DNA of 58,945 nucleotides from an uncultured Prolixibacteraceae bacterium. GTDB taxonomy: Bacteria > Bacteroidota > Bacteroidia > Bacteroidales > FEN-979. Every line of letters begins with the position of its first letter. The first letter of the stretch is position 1. Position numbers and translations under genes: made by a program. The stretch covers positions 1 to 58,945 of the forward strand of contig CAYUZX010000013.1 of assembly GCA_964449285.1 (NCBI GenBank), given 5' to 3'. The notes under the pieces were generated by a model. The model saw only the letters and a list, made by a program, of their open reading frames with translations. It was not told where the DNA came from and searched no databases. Shown here in pieces: positions 29,765 to 38,988 of this stretch.

Positions 29765-29817
29765 ATGTCTGTTCGATTCTCATTACTTTTTTTTATACTT
29801 TCGTTCGGTTGATTTAT

Positions 29818-30609
29818 ATGGACCAGATCAAAAATATCGTCATCCTGGGAACAGGAAATGTGGCTACACATCTCTCTAAAGCGCTTAGCGCAAAAGGTTT
29901 CACTATCATCCAGCTTTTCAACCGGACAGAGGAACCTGGCAAGAGGTTGGCCCGGTTGCTAGGTGCCAGCTATACCGGGTCAATACAGCAGATCGAACCA
30001 GATGCCGACCTCTATATCCTGGCTCTAAGTGATAATGCCCTCCCTGAAATAGCTTCTCATCTTAGGATTCATAAAGGGATTGTGGTCCATACTTCCGGAT
30101 CTGTCGGATTAGATGTATTGAAGCATACCTCCAGGTATACCGGGGTGTTATACCCCTTGCAAACATTTCGTGAAGGAAAACAGATTTCATTCGATCGTAT
30201 ACCGATTTGTGTGGAAGCAAATCTCCCCTCAGTAGAGAAGAGGCTGCTTGAACTGGCTGAGCAGCTTACTACAAACGTTCAGGTCATCAACTCCGGGCAA
30301 CGAAACATTCTCCATCTGACTGCTGTTTTTGCCAGCAATTTCACTAACTACCTCTATACAATTGCGCAAGACCTCCTGCTTCAATACGATATTCCGTTTG
30401 AGTTGCTCAAACCGCTGATCAAACAAACTGCAGCCAATGTCAAACATTCAGATCTATTCTCACTCCAAACCGGTCCTGCCATCAGAGAAGATACGGCAAT
30501 CATAAAAAAACATCTGGAACTACTTGAAAATCAGAAAGCATATAAGGACATCTATGACTTGATCAGTAAACAAATCATTCAACATAAATACAGACATGGC
30601 AAACTATAA
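29818..30609 (+). CDS. Rossmann-fold / DUF2520 domain oxidoreductase
   Basis: ILGTGNVA, VHTSGS, GVLYPLQTF, QTGPAIRED; start at MDQIK. Confidence 0.85.
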   Translation: MDQIKNIVILGTGNVATHLSKALSAKGFTIIQLFNRTEEPGKRLARLLGASYTGSIQQIEPDADLYILALSDNALPEIASHLRIHKGIVVHTSGSVGLDVLKHTSRYTGVLYPLQTFREGKQISFDRIPICVEANLPSVEKRLLELAEQLTTNVQVINSGQRNILHLTAVFASNFTNYLYTIAQDLLLQYDIPFELLKPLIKQTAANVKHSDLFSLQTGPAIREDTAIIKKHLELLENQKAYKDIYDLISKQIIQHKYRHGKL

Positions 30610-31117
30610 GGCACAGCTCAAAAAGATCACCACATTTGTCTTTGATTACGATGGCGTGCTTACTGAAGGGACCATCATCATGACAGAACATGGAGAGGCC
30701 CTCCGGATCTCCAACATCAAAGACGGTTACGCTATGCAACTCGCGATAAAAAAAGGGTACCGTATTGCCATCATCTCCGGCGCCATATCTAAGTCAATGG
30801 CTCACAGGCTGGAAGCTCTGCGAATCACAGACGTATTCCTGGGAATTGGAAACAAACTTGAAACCTTTCATACCTATCTGAAAGATAACGCAATCACACC
30901 ATCCGAAGTCCTCTTTATGGGGGATGACATTCCCGATTATCAAATCATGAAGGAGGTGGGCATGCCTACCTGTCCGACTGATGCAGCGGAAGAGATCAAA
31001 GAGCTGGCTTCCTATATCAGCCATCTGCCTGGAGGAAAAGGGTGTGTTCGTGATGTGATTGAACAGGTAATGAAGATTCAGGGTAAATGGATGAACGATG
31101 ACGCTTTTACATGGTAA
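30596..31117 (+). CDS. kdsC: KDO 8-phosphate phosphatase (HAD family)
   Basis: FDYDGVLT, KDGYA, MGDDIPD, GGKGCVRDVIE. Confidence 0.85.
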   Translation: MANYKAQLKKITTFVFDYDGVLTEGTIIMTEHGEALRISNIKDGYAMQLAIKKGYRIAIISGAISKSMAHRLEALRITDVFLGIGNKLETFHTYLKDNAITPSEVLFMGDDIPDYQIMKEVGMPTCPTDAAEEIKELASYISHLPGGKGCVRDVIEQVMKIQGKWMNDDAFTW

Positions 31118-32081
31118 CAAACTGACGATCTGGGAACGGATCAAAGGTGTAGCCCGGTTTATCAGGCTTCCAAACCTGATAATCATAGTGTTGATTGAGT
31201 TTTTGCTCCGTTATGGGGTCCTTAAACCGATCCTATTCAATGGCCAAACGGAATCCATGACCGGATTGCCTGATTTCGTTATCTTCGTAATAGTTACCCT
31301 GTTACTGGCAGTTGGAGGATATGTTATCAACGACTACTTCGACCAGAAAATAGACCGGGTTAACCGCCCTGATCAACTTGTGGTTTCTCGTATAGTTGCT
31401 CCCCGGACAGCAATGAAGATCCACATCTTGGTGAATACAATTGCTGTCATCCTTGGGTTTTATCTTGCTTACAGGATTCAATCAATCTGGTTTGGACTTC
31501 TTTTCCCCTGCGGGGCACTATTCTTCTGGTTCTATTCGGCCCGGTGGAAACAGTTGCTCATATGGAAAAATCTGATTGTTGCATTTATCTCTGCTTCACT
31601 GATCATGTTGGTACTTTTGTTTGAATTTTTCCATCTACGCTTATACCCAGACTATTTTTCCTCAGTTATCGGCATGCTAAATGGTATCTTCTGGATATTT
31701 TTTGCTTACGCCGTCTTTGCTTTCCTGGTAAGCCTATTCCGGGAGATCGTTAAAGATATTGAAGATCTGAAAGGTGATGAACAATTTGGAACCAGGTCCC
31801 TGCCCTCAGTGATCGGTATTGGGTGGTCAAAAATGGTCGTCGTCGGCCTGGTTCTAATTACCATGGGATTGTTGGCATATATACAATTTGTGATATACCT
31901 TTTTGGACTGGAGAAATTGTTTTGGTACTTCATAATCACGGTACAACTGCCTTCTCTCTGCATGATTATTTCCGTTCTAAAGGCAAAAAAAAGAGAGGAT
32001 TTCCGATTCGCCAGTGGTCTGGCAAAGCTGATCATGTTTACAGGAATTTTATCATTGCTGGTATTATATTTAACTTGTTGA
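31098..32081 (+). CDS. UbiA-family prenyltransferase (DGGGP synthase-like)
   Basis: INDYFDQKIDRVNRP, REIVKDIEDLKGD; multiple TM helices. Confidence 0.85.
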   Translation: MTLLHGNKLTIWERIKGVARFIRLPNLIIIVLIEFLLRYGVLKPILFNGQTESMTGLPDFVIFVIVTLLLAVGGYVINDYFDQKIDRVNRPDQLVVSRIVAPRTAMKIHILVNTIAVILGFYLAYRIQSIWFGLLFPCGALFFWFYSARWKQLLIWKNLIVAFISASLIMLVLLFEFFHLRLYPDYFSSVIGMLNGIFWIFFAYAVFAFLVSLFREIVKDIEDLKGDEQFGTRSLPSVIGIGWSKMVVVGLVLITMGLLAYIQFVIYLFGLEKLFWYFIITVQLPSLCMIISVLKAKKREDFRFASGLAKLIMFTGILSLLVLYLTC

Positions 32082-32082
32082 T

Positions 32083-32682
32083 ATGATAAACAAGAGATTA
32101 CAGGATTTCAAAATTGTTCTGGCATCTCAGTCTTCCCGCAGGCAATATCTACTGAAGGAACTGGGATTCGATTTTGAGATCATCTCAACGGATGTTCAGG
32201 AGGATTATCCCGATACACTGACACCGGAAGAGATCGCTACATTTCTTGCCGAGAAAAAAGCCGAGAGCTTTGACAGCTCGAGGATGGATGAGAAGATGAT
32301 CATCATTTCTGCTGATACCATTGTTGCTCTTGAGGGAGAGATCCTGGGGAAACCACGGAATTACGAGGAGGCCTACACGATACTGAAGAAATTATCGGGG
32401 AAACAGCATGACGTGATCACCGGTGTATGCATCAAATCACGGAATAAAAAAACGCTCTTCCATGTCACCTCCAGGGTTTATTTCAAGGAGCTCTGCGATG
32501 AAGAGATTGAATACTACATCAACAACTTCAGGCCTTACGACAAAGCAGGAGGGTATGGCATACAGGAATGGATTGGGTACATCGGGATATCGAAACTCGA
32601 AGGATCTTTTTTCAATGTGATGGGGCTTCCGGTGAAGGAGGTGTATGAAGAACTCCTAAAAAATTATTCCTACCTTTGCTGA
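32083..32682 (+). CDS. maf: Maf-family nucleoside triphosphate pyrophosphatase
   Basis: LASQSSRRQYLL, SADTIV, LGKP, DKAGGYGIQ, NVMGLP. Confidence 0.93.
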   Translation: MINKRLQDFKIVLASQSSRRQYLLKELGFDFEIISTDVQEDYPDTLTPEEIATFLAEKKAESFDSSRMDEKMIIISADTIVALEGEILGKPRNYEEAYTILKKLSGKQHDVITGVCIKSRNKKTLFHVTSRVYFKELCDEEIEYYINNFRPYDKAGGYGIQEWIGYIGISKLEGSFFNVMGLPVKEVYEELLKNYSYLC

Positions 32683-32699
32683 GTAAGATCAGCATTGAG

Positions 32700-33473
32700 A
32701 TGCAGGACAAACCCCTGATTTTAGTTACGAATGACGATGGCATAACCGCTCCTGGTTTGCGTGCCCTCATTGAGGTGGTGAAGCCGCTTGGCGATGTGGT
32801 TGTTGTAGCGCCTGATAAGCCTCAATCGGGCACTTCGCATGCTGTCACCATGAACCATCCACTGCGTCTGAAGCGGATTCACCATAATAAGGGAATTGAG
32901 GAATATAGCTGTAACGGAACCCCGGCCGATTGCATCAAACTGGCTTATAAAATTGTTCTTAAACGGAGACCCGACTTGCTTGTTTCTGGGATCAACCATG
33001 GCTCGAACTCTTCCATCAACATCATCTATTCGGGTACGATGGCTGCTGTGTTTGAAGGGGCGATGGCAGGTGTTCCTTCCATCGGGTTTTCACTGTTGCA
33101 GTATGAGTCGGATGCCGATTTTACTGCTGCCAGAATCTATGCTGACCGGATAATCCAGACAGTCATGGCGAACAAATTACCGGAGGGTATTTGTCTGAAT
33201 GTCAACATCCCTGAAGTTCCAGCAAACGAAATCAAGGGAATCCGGATCTGCAGGCAGGCTGGTGGAACCTGGCTTGAAGATTTCGATATACGCGAGGATC
33301 CGAAAGGAGAGAGCTACTATTGGCTTAAGGGTGTCTTTGCCCGGATTGGCGATGGTGAAGATACAGATGAACATGCTCTGGAACACAACTTTGTCTCCAT
33401 TGTTCCGGTTAATTTTGATTTTACCGATTATCCCGCAATAGAAACGTTGAAGAGATGGGATTTTTCCTCTTGA
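32700..33473 (+). CDS. surE: 5'/3'-nucleotidase SurE
   Basis: ILVTNDDG, GTPADC, VSGINHGSN, YSGTMAA. Confidence 0.95.
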   Translation: MQDKPLILVTNDDGITAPGLRALIEVVKPLGDVVVVAPDKPQSGTSHAVTMNHPLRLKRIHHNKGIEEYSCNGTPADCIKLAYKIVLKRRPDLLVSGINHGSNSSINIIYSGTMAAVFEGAMAGVPSIGFSLLQYESDADFTAARIYADRIIQTVMANKLPEGICLNVNIPEVPANEIKGIRICRQAGGTWLEDFDIREDPKGESYYWLKGVFARIGDGEDTDEHALEHNFVSIVPVNFDFTDYPAIETLKRWDFSS

Positions 33474-33480
33474 TTAGCTT

Positions 33481-34599
33481 ATGAACTATTACATCATCGC
33501 CGGGGAAGCATCTGGCGACCTGCATGGGTCGAACCTGATGCATGCCTTGAAGGAGCGCGACTCATCTGCCTCCTTCCGTTGCTGGGGAGGGGATCTTATG
33601 CTTCAGGCCGGTGGAGAACTTGTGAAGCATTACCGCGACCTGGCATTTATGGGTTTTTGGGAAGTACTGGTCCATCTGAAAACGATCATCAGGAACCTTC
33701 GCTTCTGCGAAAAGGATATTGTGACTTCAAAGCCCGATGTACTGATCCTGATCGACTATCCAGGATTCAACTTGCGGATGGCCAGATTCGCAAAACGGAA
33801 CGGAATCAAGGTCTTTTACTATATCTCTCCACAGCTGTGGGCCTGGAAAAGTTCACGGGTGAAGATCATCCAACAGTGTGTTGACCGGATGTTTGTGATT
33901 CTGCCTTTTGAGCAGGATTTCTACCGTAAGTATGACTATGCTGTTGATTTTGTTGGACATCCGCTCCTGGATGTCATCTCTCCTAACGGCGTACACAGCG
34001 ACAGAAACCACTTTCTGAAACAGAATCAGATCGCGGATAAGCCTATTATTGCTCTGCTTCCGGGAAGCCGGCAGCAGGAGATTCGGACCATGCTAAAACG
34101 GATGATTGAGGTGGTTCCCTCATTTGAAGCATACCAGTTTGTAGTGGCAGGAGCGCCTTCGATTGACCCGGGTCTTTATAAATCTGTTATCGGAAATGCT
34201 TTCATATCAGTAGTTTATAACCAAACTTACGACTTGCTGAGCCATGCCGACGCAGCCCTTATTACTTCTGGAACGGCTACCCTCGAAGCTGCCCTACTTG
34301 GGACCCCTGAAGTGGTTTGCTACCGTGGCAGTGCACTTTCTTTCTGGATTGCCCGCCGAATCGTTCATGTCCCGTTTATCTCACTGGTTAACCTGATCAT
34401 GGAGAGAGAGTTAGTAAAGGAGCTTGTCCAGCATTTACTTACTCAGGAGAATCTCATTCAAGAGCTGAAACGATTGTTTGATCCCCTTATCCGGGAAAAA
34501 ATGAAGCGGGAATTTGACGAACTTGCTCTGAACCTGGGAGGTAGTGGTGCTTCAGCCAGAACTGCCTCGCTAATGATACAATATTTAGAGGATAAATAA
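33481..34599 (+). CDS. lpxB: Lipid A disaccharide synthase
   Basis: IAGEASGDLHG, IDYPGFNL, SPQLWAW, VGHPL, LPGSRQQE, SGTATLE. Confidence 0.96.
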   Translation: MNYYIIAGEASGDLHGSNLMHALKERDSSASFRCWGGDLMLQAGGELVKHYRDLAFMGFWEVLVHLKTIIRNLRFCEKDIVTSKPDVLILIDYPGFNLRMARFAKRNGIKVFYYISPQLWAWKSSRVKIIQQCVDRMFVILPFEQDFYRKYDYAVDFVGHPLLDVISPNGVHSDRNHFLKQNQIADKPIIALLPGSRQQEIRTMLKRMIEVVPSFEAYQFVVAGAPSIDPGLYKSVIGNAFISVVYNQTYDLLSHADAALITSGTATLEAALLGTPEVVCYRGSALSFWIARRIVHVPFISLVNLIMERELVKELVQHLLTQENLIQELKRLFDPLIREKMKREFDELALNLGGSGASARTASLMIQYLEDK

Positions 34600-34625
34600 G
34601 TTAAACTATACAAAATTTAAGGCTA

Positions 34626-35576
34626 ATGAAGATTACATCTACGTTCAGGATTGGAATTCTGACACTTTTTTTCGGGTTTGTTTTTATATCATTCACGCAG
34701 GCCCAACAGACCATCGGAGTCGGACAGAATAAAAAGGAAAACCAGGACCAACGGGTGAAGGCGATTGGCATTGACTCTGTGCCTGCAACTATATTTCCTC
34801 CCAGGAAAGAGTTGACCGAAGCTGAAAAGGAGGCCCAGCGCCTATTTAATGAGGGTTCGAGGAAGGGTAAATCAGGGGAATATAATGAGGCTATTAAGGA
34901 CCTATCCCAGTCTCTTTCCCTGGTTGAGAATGGAAACACCTATCTGAAACGGGGCTTTGCTTATCTCGTAACGGGACAGTTTCCCCTCGCCCTCAAAGAT
35001 TTCACAGAAACACTGAGGATTACCCCAGGAAATAGAGAGGCACTATTTGGAAGAGGAGTGGCACGCTTTGAAATGAAAGACTACACTGAAGCTGAAGTTG
35101 ATTTGAAACAGTACATTGAATTGGTGAACATTAACCCTAAAGCCTTCGACTATATGGCGGCGCTCTGTTTCATGCGGAAGGATTTTCAGTGTGCTTTGCA
35201 AAACTATTCAGATGTCATCCGGTGTGACTCTCTCTACCCAGGTGGATATGCTAACAGGGCGATGATCAAGCACTATCTCCTCGACTATAAAGGGGCTCTC
35301 GAGGATTATAATATAGCTATCAAACAGAATCCCAACGATAAAAAGATCTATAACAACCGGGCAGCAGCCAAGATGCTCCTGAAGGATTATACTGCTGCCC
35401 TGGAGGATTTCAACAAAGCGATCGAGCTGGATCCACTCTATGCGGATGCATACAATAATAGGGGGCGGGTACGCCATTACCTGGGTGATGTCGAGGGCGC
35501 TTGTTCCGACTGGCAAAAAGCGCTCTCGTTCGGCATTGAGGCATCACGCGACCTGATCATCAAAAATTGCAAGTAG
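34626..35576 (+). CDS. Secreted tetratricopeptide repeat protein
   Basis: Signal peptide, ~7 TPR units (e.g. ALEDFNKAIELDP..AYNNRG), ends ACSDWQKA...CK. Confidence 0.88.
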   Translation: MKITSTFRIGILTLFFGFVFISFTQAQQTIGVGQNKKENQDQRVKAIGIDSVPATIFPPRKELTEAEKEAQRLFNEGSRKGKSGEYNEAIKDLSQSLSLVENGNTYLKRGFAYLVTGQFPLALKDFTETLRITPGNREALFGRGVARFEMKDYTEAEVDLKQYIELVNINPKAFDYMAALCFMRKDFQCALQNYSDVIRCDSLYPGGYANRAMIKHYLLDYKGALEDYNIAIKQNPNDKKIYNNRAAAKMLLKDYTAALEDFNKAIELDPLYADAYNNRGRVRHYLGDVEGACSDWQKALSFGIEASRDLIIKNCK

Positions 35577-35605
35577 TAGCCCGTTTTTATCTGAACACTA
35601 CTCCC

Positions 35606-36520
35606 ATGCGATTAAAAGTACTGGTTGGACTCCTTGTCATCAGCCTACCGTTGTTTGCCCAACAAACACAAAAAGAGTTAGTTACAAGTGGAATCACCAA
35701 GGCCAAACTGGGAGACTACCAGGCCGCAATAGTTGATTTCAATGCAGCTATCCGAATGGATAGCACAGAAGGAGAGCCTTATTACAACCGGGGAATCGTA
35801 AAAAGTGAGTTAAAAGATTACAAGGGAGCGATTGCCGACTTCAGCATTGTTATAGCACTGTCACCCTCTTATCCTGATCCCTGGTACAACCGGGGTGTGG
35901 CAAAGGATTATTTGCAGGATTATGCCGGGGCGATCATCGATTATACAAAAGCAATATCGCTCAAAGCAGATTATCCTGAGGCGTTTCACAACCGGGGGCT
36001 GGCGTTGTTCGACCTGGGTCAGTTTGATGAAGCAATCCAGGATTTTTCAAGAGCACTTATCTATTCACCCGGATTTGCAGAGGCTTATTATAACCGGGGT
36101 CTCGCCCGATTTAACAAAGGACAGTTCTCGGAAGCTATCAGTGATTTTAATAAGGCGATCGATCTGGATCCCAATCCACCTGAATATTTTTCCAGCCGGG
36201 GAGCAGCCAAAGCATCCAGGGGTGAATACCAGGAGGCTATCATTGACCTGAACGAAGCGATCTTCAAACAACCTTCCGATATCAATCCACGGTTGAATAA
36301 AGCTCTTGCATTCATGTACCTGAAGCAGTATCGTGAGGCAGAAGTTGTCTATAACGAAATTATTGACCTTGATCCGGTTAATCTTGAAGCCTTCACCAAG
36401 CGAGGAGTTGCCAGGCAGAAGCAGGATGACCTTACTGGAGCCTGTGATGACTGGAATGCTGCTCTCTACCTGGGTTCTGACAAAGTCAGTGCATACATCG
36501 AAAAATTTTGTGGCCACTGA
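35606..36520 (+). CDS. Secreted tetratricopeptide repeat protein
   Basis: Signal peptide MRLKVLVGLL, repeated YxNRG...DFxxAI, ends ACDDWNAA...CGH. Confidence 0.88.
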   Translation: MRLKVLVGLLVISLPLFAQQTQKELVTSGITKAKLGDYQAAIVDFNAAIRMDSTEGEPYYNRGIVKSELKDYKGAIADFSIVIALSPSYPDPWYNRGVAKDYLQDYAGAIIDYTKAISLKADYPEAFHNRGLALFDLGQFDEAIQDFSRALIYSPGFAEAYYNRGLARFNKGQFSEAISDFNKAIDLDPNPPEYFSSRGAAKASRGEYQEAIIDLNEAIFKQPSDINPRLNKALAFMYLKQYREAEVVYNEIIDLDPVNLEAFTKRGVARQKQDDLTGACDDWNAALYLGSDKVSAYIEKFCGH

Positions 36521-36577
36521 GGTATTACCTTTTCTCTCTTTTCCTGATTAATTGGATAGAAGAAAAGTACGGTGCCG

Positions 36578-38824
36578 ATGAATCCATGGAAACCCTTTCC
36601 ATTGATCCGATTGCTAATCCCATTTCTGGGCGGGGTGGTCTATGCCCTGAAGGAGGCTGGCTGGCAGCCGGAAGAGCGCTGGTTGATAGGAGTTATAGGA
36701 TTTCTTACTACTGGTTTACTGCTCTTTACGTTATTAGGCAAATTACCTTTCAGCCTTCGATGGATCCCTGGTACGACAACCTGCTTGCTTATGCTTTGTT
36801 TGGGAGTGTTAACAGTCCAAAGCAACAGTCCAAAGTTAGTTGGCAGTGAGCAGTGGGTAGTGGGCAGTGAGCAGTTGGCAGTTGGCAGTTCCGATTTTCG
36901 AATTTTTCCCGCTGAAATTGCCGAGCCCCCACGCCATACACCCAAAACAGTGAAGCTGATCGTTAGTAGGTACAACCTCGACACGAATGCAAACGCACTT
37001 ATCCGGGAAGGAAAAGCATTACTGTTTCTCGAAAAGGATACAAACTCACAGGCTCTTCAATATGGCGACTGGATTCTTGTCTCAACCTTGCTGAAACCCG
37101 TGAAGAACGAATCCAACCCCTATGGTTTCGACCCAGCAGGATATTACGGAAGGAAAGGAGTGTTCAGTCAGGGCTGGGTAGGATCAGCTGACTGGAAACT
37201 TGCCGGAATACCTGAACACAGTTCAATCAGAGGTCTGGCATTTGCTTCTCGTGACCGGTTATTGAAGATTTTGCGGGAAAATTCCATAAAAGGGGAGGAG
37301 TTTGCAGTAGCTTCTGCCATCTTACTGGGTTATACCGGTGAGATTGGGCAGGATTTGAGAAGAGGGTTCGCTGCCAGTGGAGCTATGCATATCCTGGCCG
37401 TCTCGGGAATGCATGTGGGGATCATTTTTCTTTTCCTGGAGACCATCTTTACCTTTCTCAATCGCAGGAGGCATGGGCCAACGGTCAAAGCGGTTCTGAT
37501 GATCCTGATGATATGGTGTTACGCGATGGTCACAGGATTATCTCCACCGGTATTCCGGGCAGGCTTGATGCTCAGTCTGGTGATCCTTGGCAGAACGTTC
37601 AAACGGAAACCCGACTCACTGAATGTGGTTGGAGGATCAATGTTTGTCATACTCCTGCTGGACCCAACACTGATTCTCCATCTTGGATTTCAGTTTTCTT
37701 ACCTGGCTGTTTTCGGGATCCTGTTTCTCTATAGGCCCATTGTTGACCTGATCCCTGCTACGGGATGGGCGCCCTCCCGGCTGTGGGGCCTGGTTGCAGT
37801 TTCCATCGCTGCACAAATCGCTACGTTTCCTATCGCGCTCTATGCCTTTCATCAGTTTCCTAACTACTTTATTCTGACCAACATAATTGTACTCCCCTTG
37901 GCCAGCCTGCTGATTTACAGTGGCATCGGGGTACTTGCCCTGAGTCCCGTTCCATTTCTTTCCGCATTTCTTGCGAAGGGACTCTCGTTCATCGCAGGCT
38001 TAATAAATTCTACAATCCGTTTTATCGAAGCGTTACCAGGCTCCACATTCACAGGTCTTTACCCATCGCTCCCGGATGTCCTGATGCTTTACTTTGGAAT
38101 TGTATCAATATGTTGTTTTCTTTTTTTCCGGCGAGCTGTTTGGGCTTACATGTTTTTCATCCTTATCATCTTCTGGTCCTTAACCGGGATCTACAAGGAT
38201 TACATGCGTACCAATCGCAGCATGGTTGTTGTGTTTCAAATAAAGGGAGCTTCTCAGTACGTTTTTGTGGAAGGCCGAAGCGCCGTATGTGTCAAGGATT
38301 ACCAGGCAGCCTGCCAGGAACAATATGCCTTGGAGGTACTTTCTACGTTCATGTCGGCCGAAGGGATTACTACTGCACAAACGACCTATCTGACAGACAG
38401 ACACGCTCATGTTGCAGATGATTTTCGTGAGTTTGGTTCTCTTGCCCGGAAAGGGAACTTGCTGCAGTTTTCCAATAAGCGAATTGCAATCATCTCATCC
38501 GAACTCCCGTTCGCACTTTCAGACACCCTGGAGGTCGATCTTGTGATTGTTCGGAAGAACCCGGATATACATATGGAAACAGTAGTTCGACTTCTCAGGC
38601 CTGAACAAATTGTTATCGACCCAACCAACTCGTGGTACAATGCCCGGAAGTGGAAAGAACAATCAGAAGTGTTGGGTATTCTATGCTATAGTGTTGCGGA
38701 GGATGGGGCGTATGTGCTGGATGTCAGGAGACTGGGATGTCGGATACCGGATAAAAAAAACGCCCCTTTTAAGGGGCACTTTTTGCGGTCTGGACGAGAC
38801 TCGAACTCGCGACCTCCGCCGTGA
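36578..38824 (+). CDS. comEC: ComEC/Rec2 competence protein
   Basis: NPYGFD (DUF4131-like), GAMHILAVSGMHVG, VFRAGLM, GFQFSYLAV; many TM helices; 3' end overlaps tRNA-Asp. Confidence 0.88.
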   Translation: MNPWKPFPLIRLLIPFLGGVVYALKEAGWQPEERWLIGVIGFLTTGLLLFTLLGKLPFSLRWIPGTTTCLLMLCLGVLTVQSNSPKLVGSEQWVVGSEQLAVGSSDFRIFPAEIAEPPRHTPKTVKLIVSRYNLDTNANALIREGKALLFLEKDTNSQALQYGDWILVSTLLKPVKNESNPYGFDPAGYYGRKGVFSQGWVGSADWKLAGIPEHSSIRGLAFASRDRLLKILRENSIKGEEFAVASAILLGYTGEIGQDLRRGFAASGAMHILAVSGMHVGIIFLFLETIFTFLNRRRHGPTVKAVLMILMIWCYAMVTGLSPPVFRAGLMLSLVILGRTFKRKPDSLNVVGGSMFVILLLDPTLILHLGFQFSYLAVFGILFLYRPIVDLIPATGWAPSRLWGLVAVSIAAQIATFPIALYAFHQFPNYFILTNIIVLPLASLLIYSGIGVLALSPVPFLSAFLAKGLSFIAGLINSTIRFIEALPGSTFTGLYPSLPDVLMLYFGIVSICCFLFFRRAVWAYMFFILIIFWSLTGIYKDYMRTNRSMVVVFQIKGASQYVFVEGRSAVCVKDYQAACQEQYALEVLSTFMSAEGITTAQTTYLTDRHAHVADDFREFGSLARKGNLLQFSNKRIAIISSELPFALSDTLEVDLVIVRKNPDIHMETVVRLLRPEQIVIDPTNSWYNARKWKEQSEVLGILCYSVAEDGAYVLDVRRLGCRIPDKKNAPFKGHFLRSGRDSNSRPPP
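36811..36889 (+). repeat. 12-bp direct duplication plus 7x nnGCAGT heptamer array, in frame inside comEC
   Basis: AACAGTCCAAAG at 36811 and 36824; tggcagt gagcagt gggtagt gggcagt gagcagt tggcagt tggcagt at 36841-36889. Confidence 0.9.
38753..38784 (-). terminator. Intrinsic terminator downstream of tRNA-Asp (potentially bidirectional)
   Basis: A8-CGCCCCTT-TT-AAGGGGCAC-T5. Confidence 0.75.
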
Positions 38825-38859
38825 CAGGGCGGCATTCTAACCAACTGAACTACCAGACC
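38786..38859 (-). tRNA. tRNA-Asp(GTC)
   Basis: Reverse complement GGTCTGGTAGTTCAGTTGGTTAGAAT...CTGTCAC...GTTCGAGTC...CCAGACCG; TAAATTTG promoter element at 38873-38880. Confidence 0.96.
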
Positions 38860-38988
38860 GGAATTAGAGGTGCAAATTTAATTCTTTTTTATTAATTTAC
38901 AATAAACTTTTCAAGGATACCCTCCTTAACAACATCGGCATCATTGTTATCCCATTCCTGGGTGCATTGGTGTGAGGGATTTGTTCTG

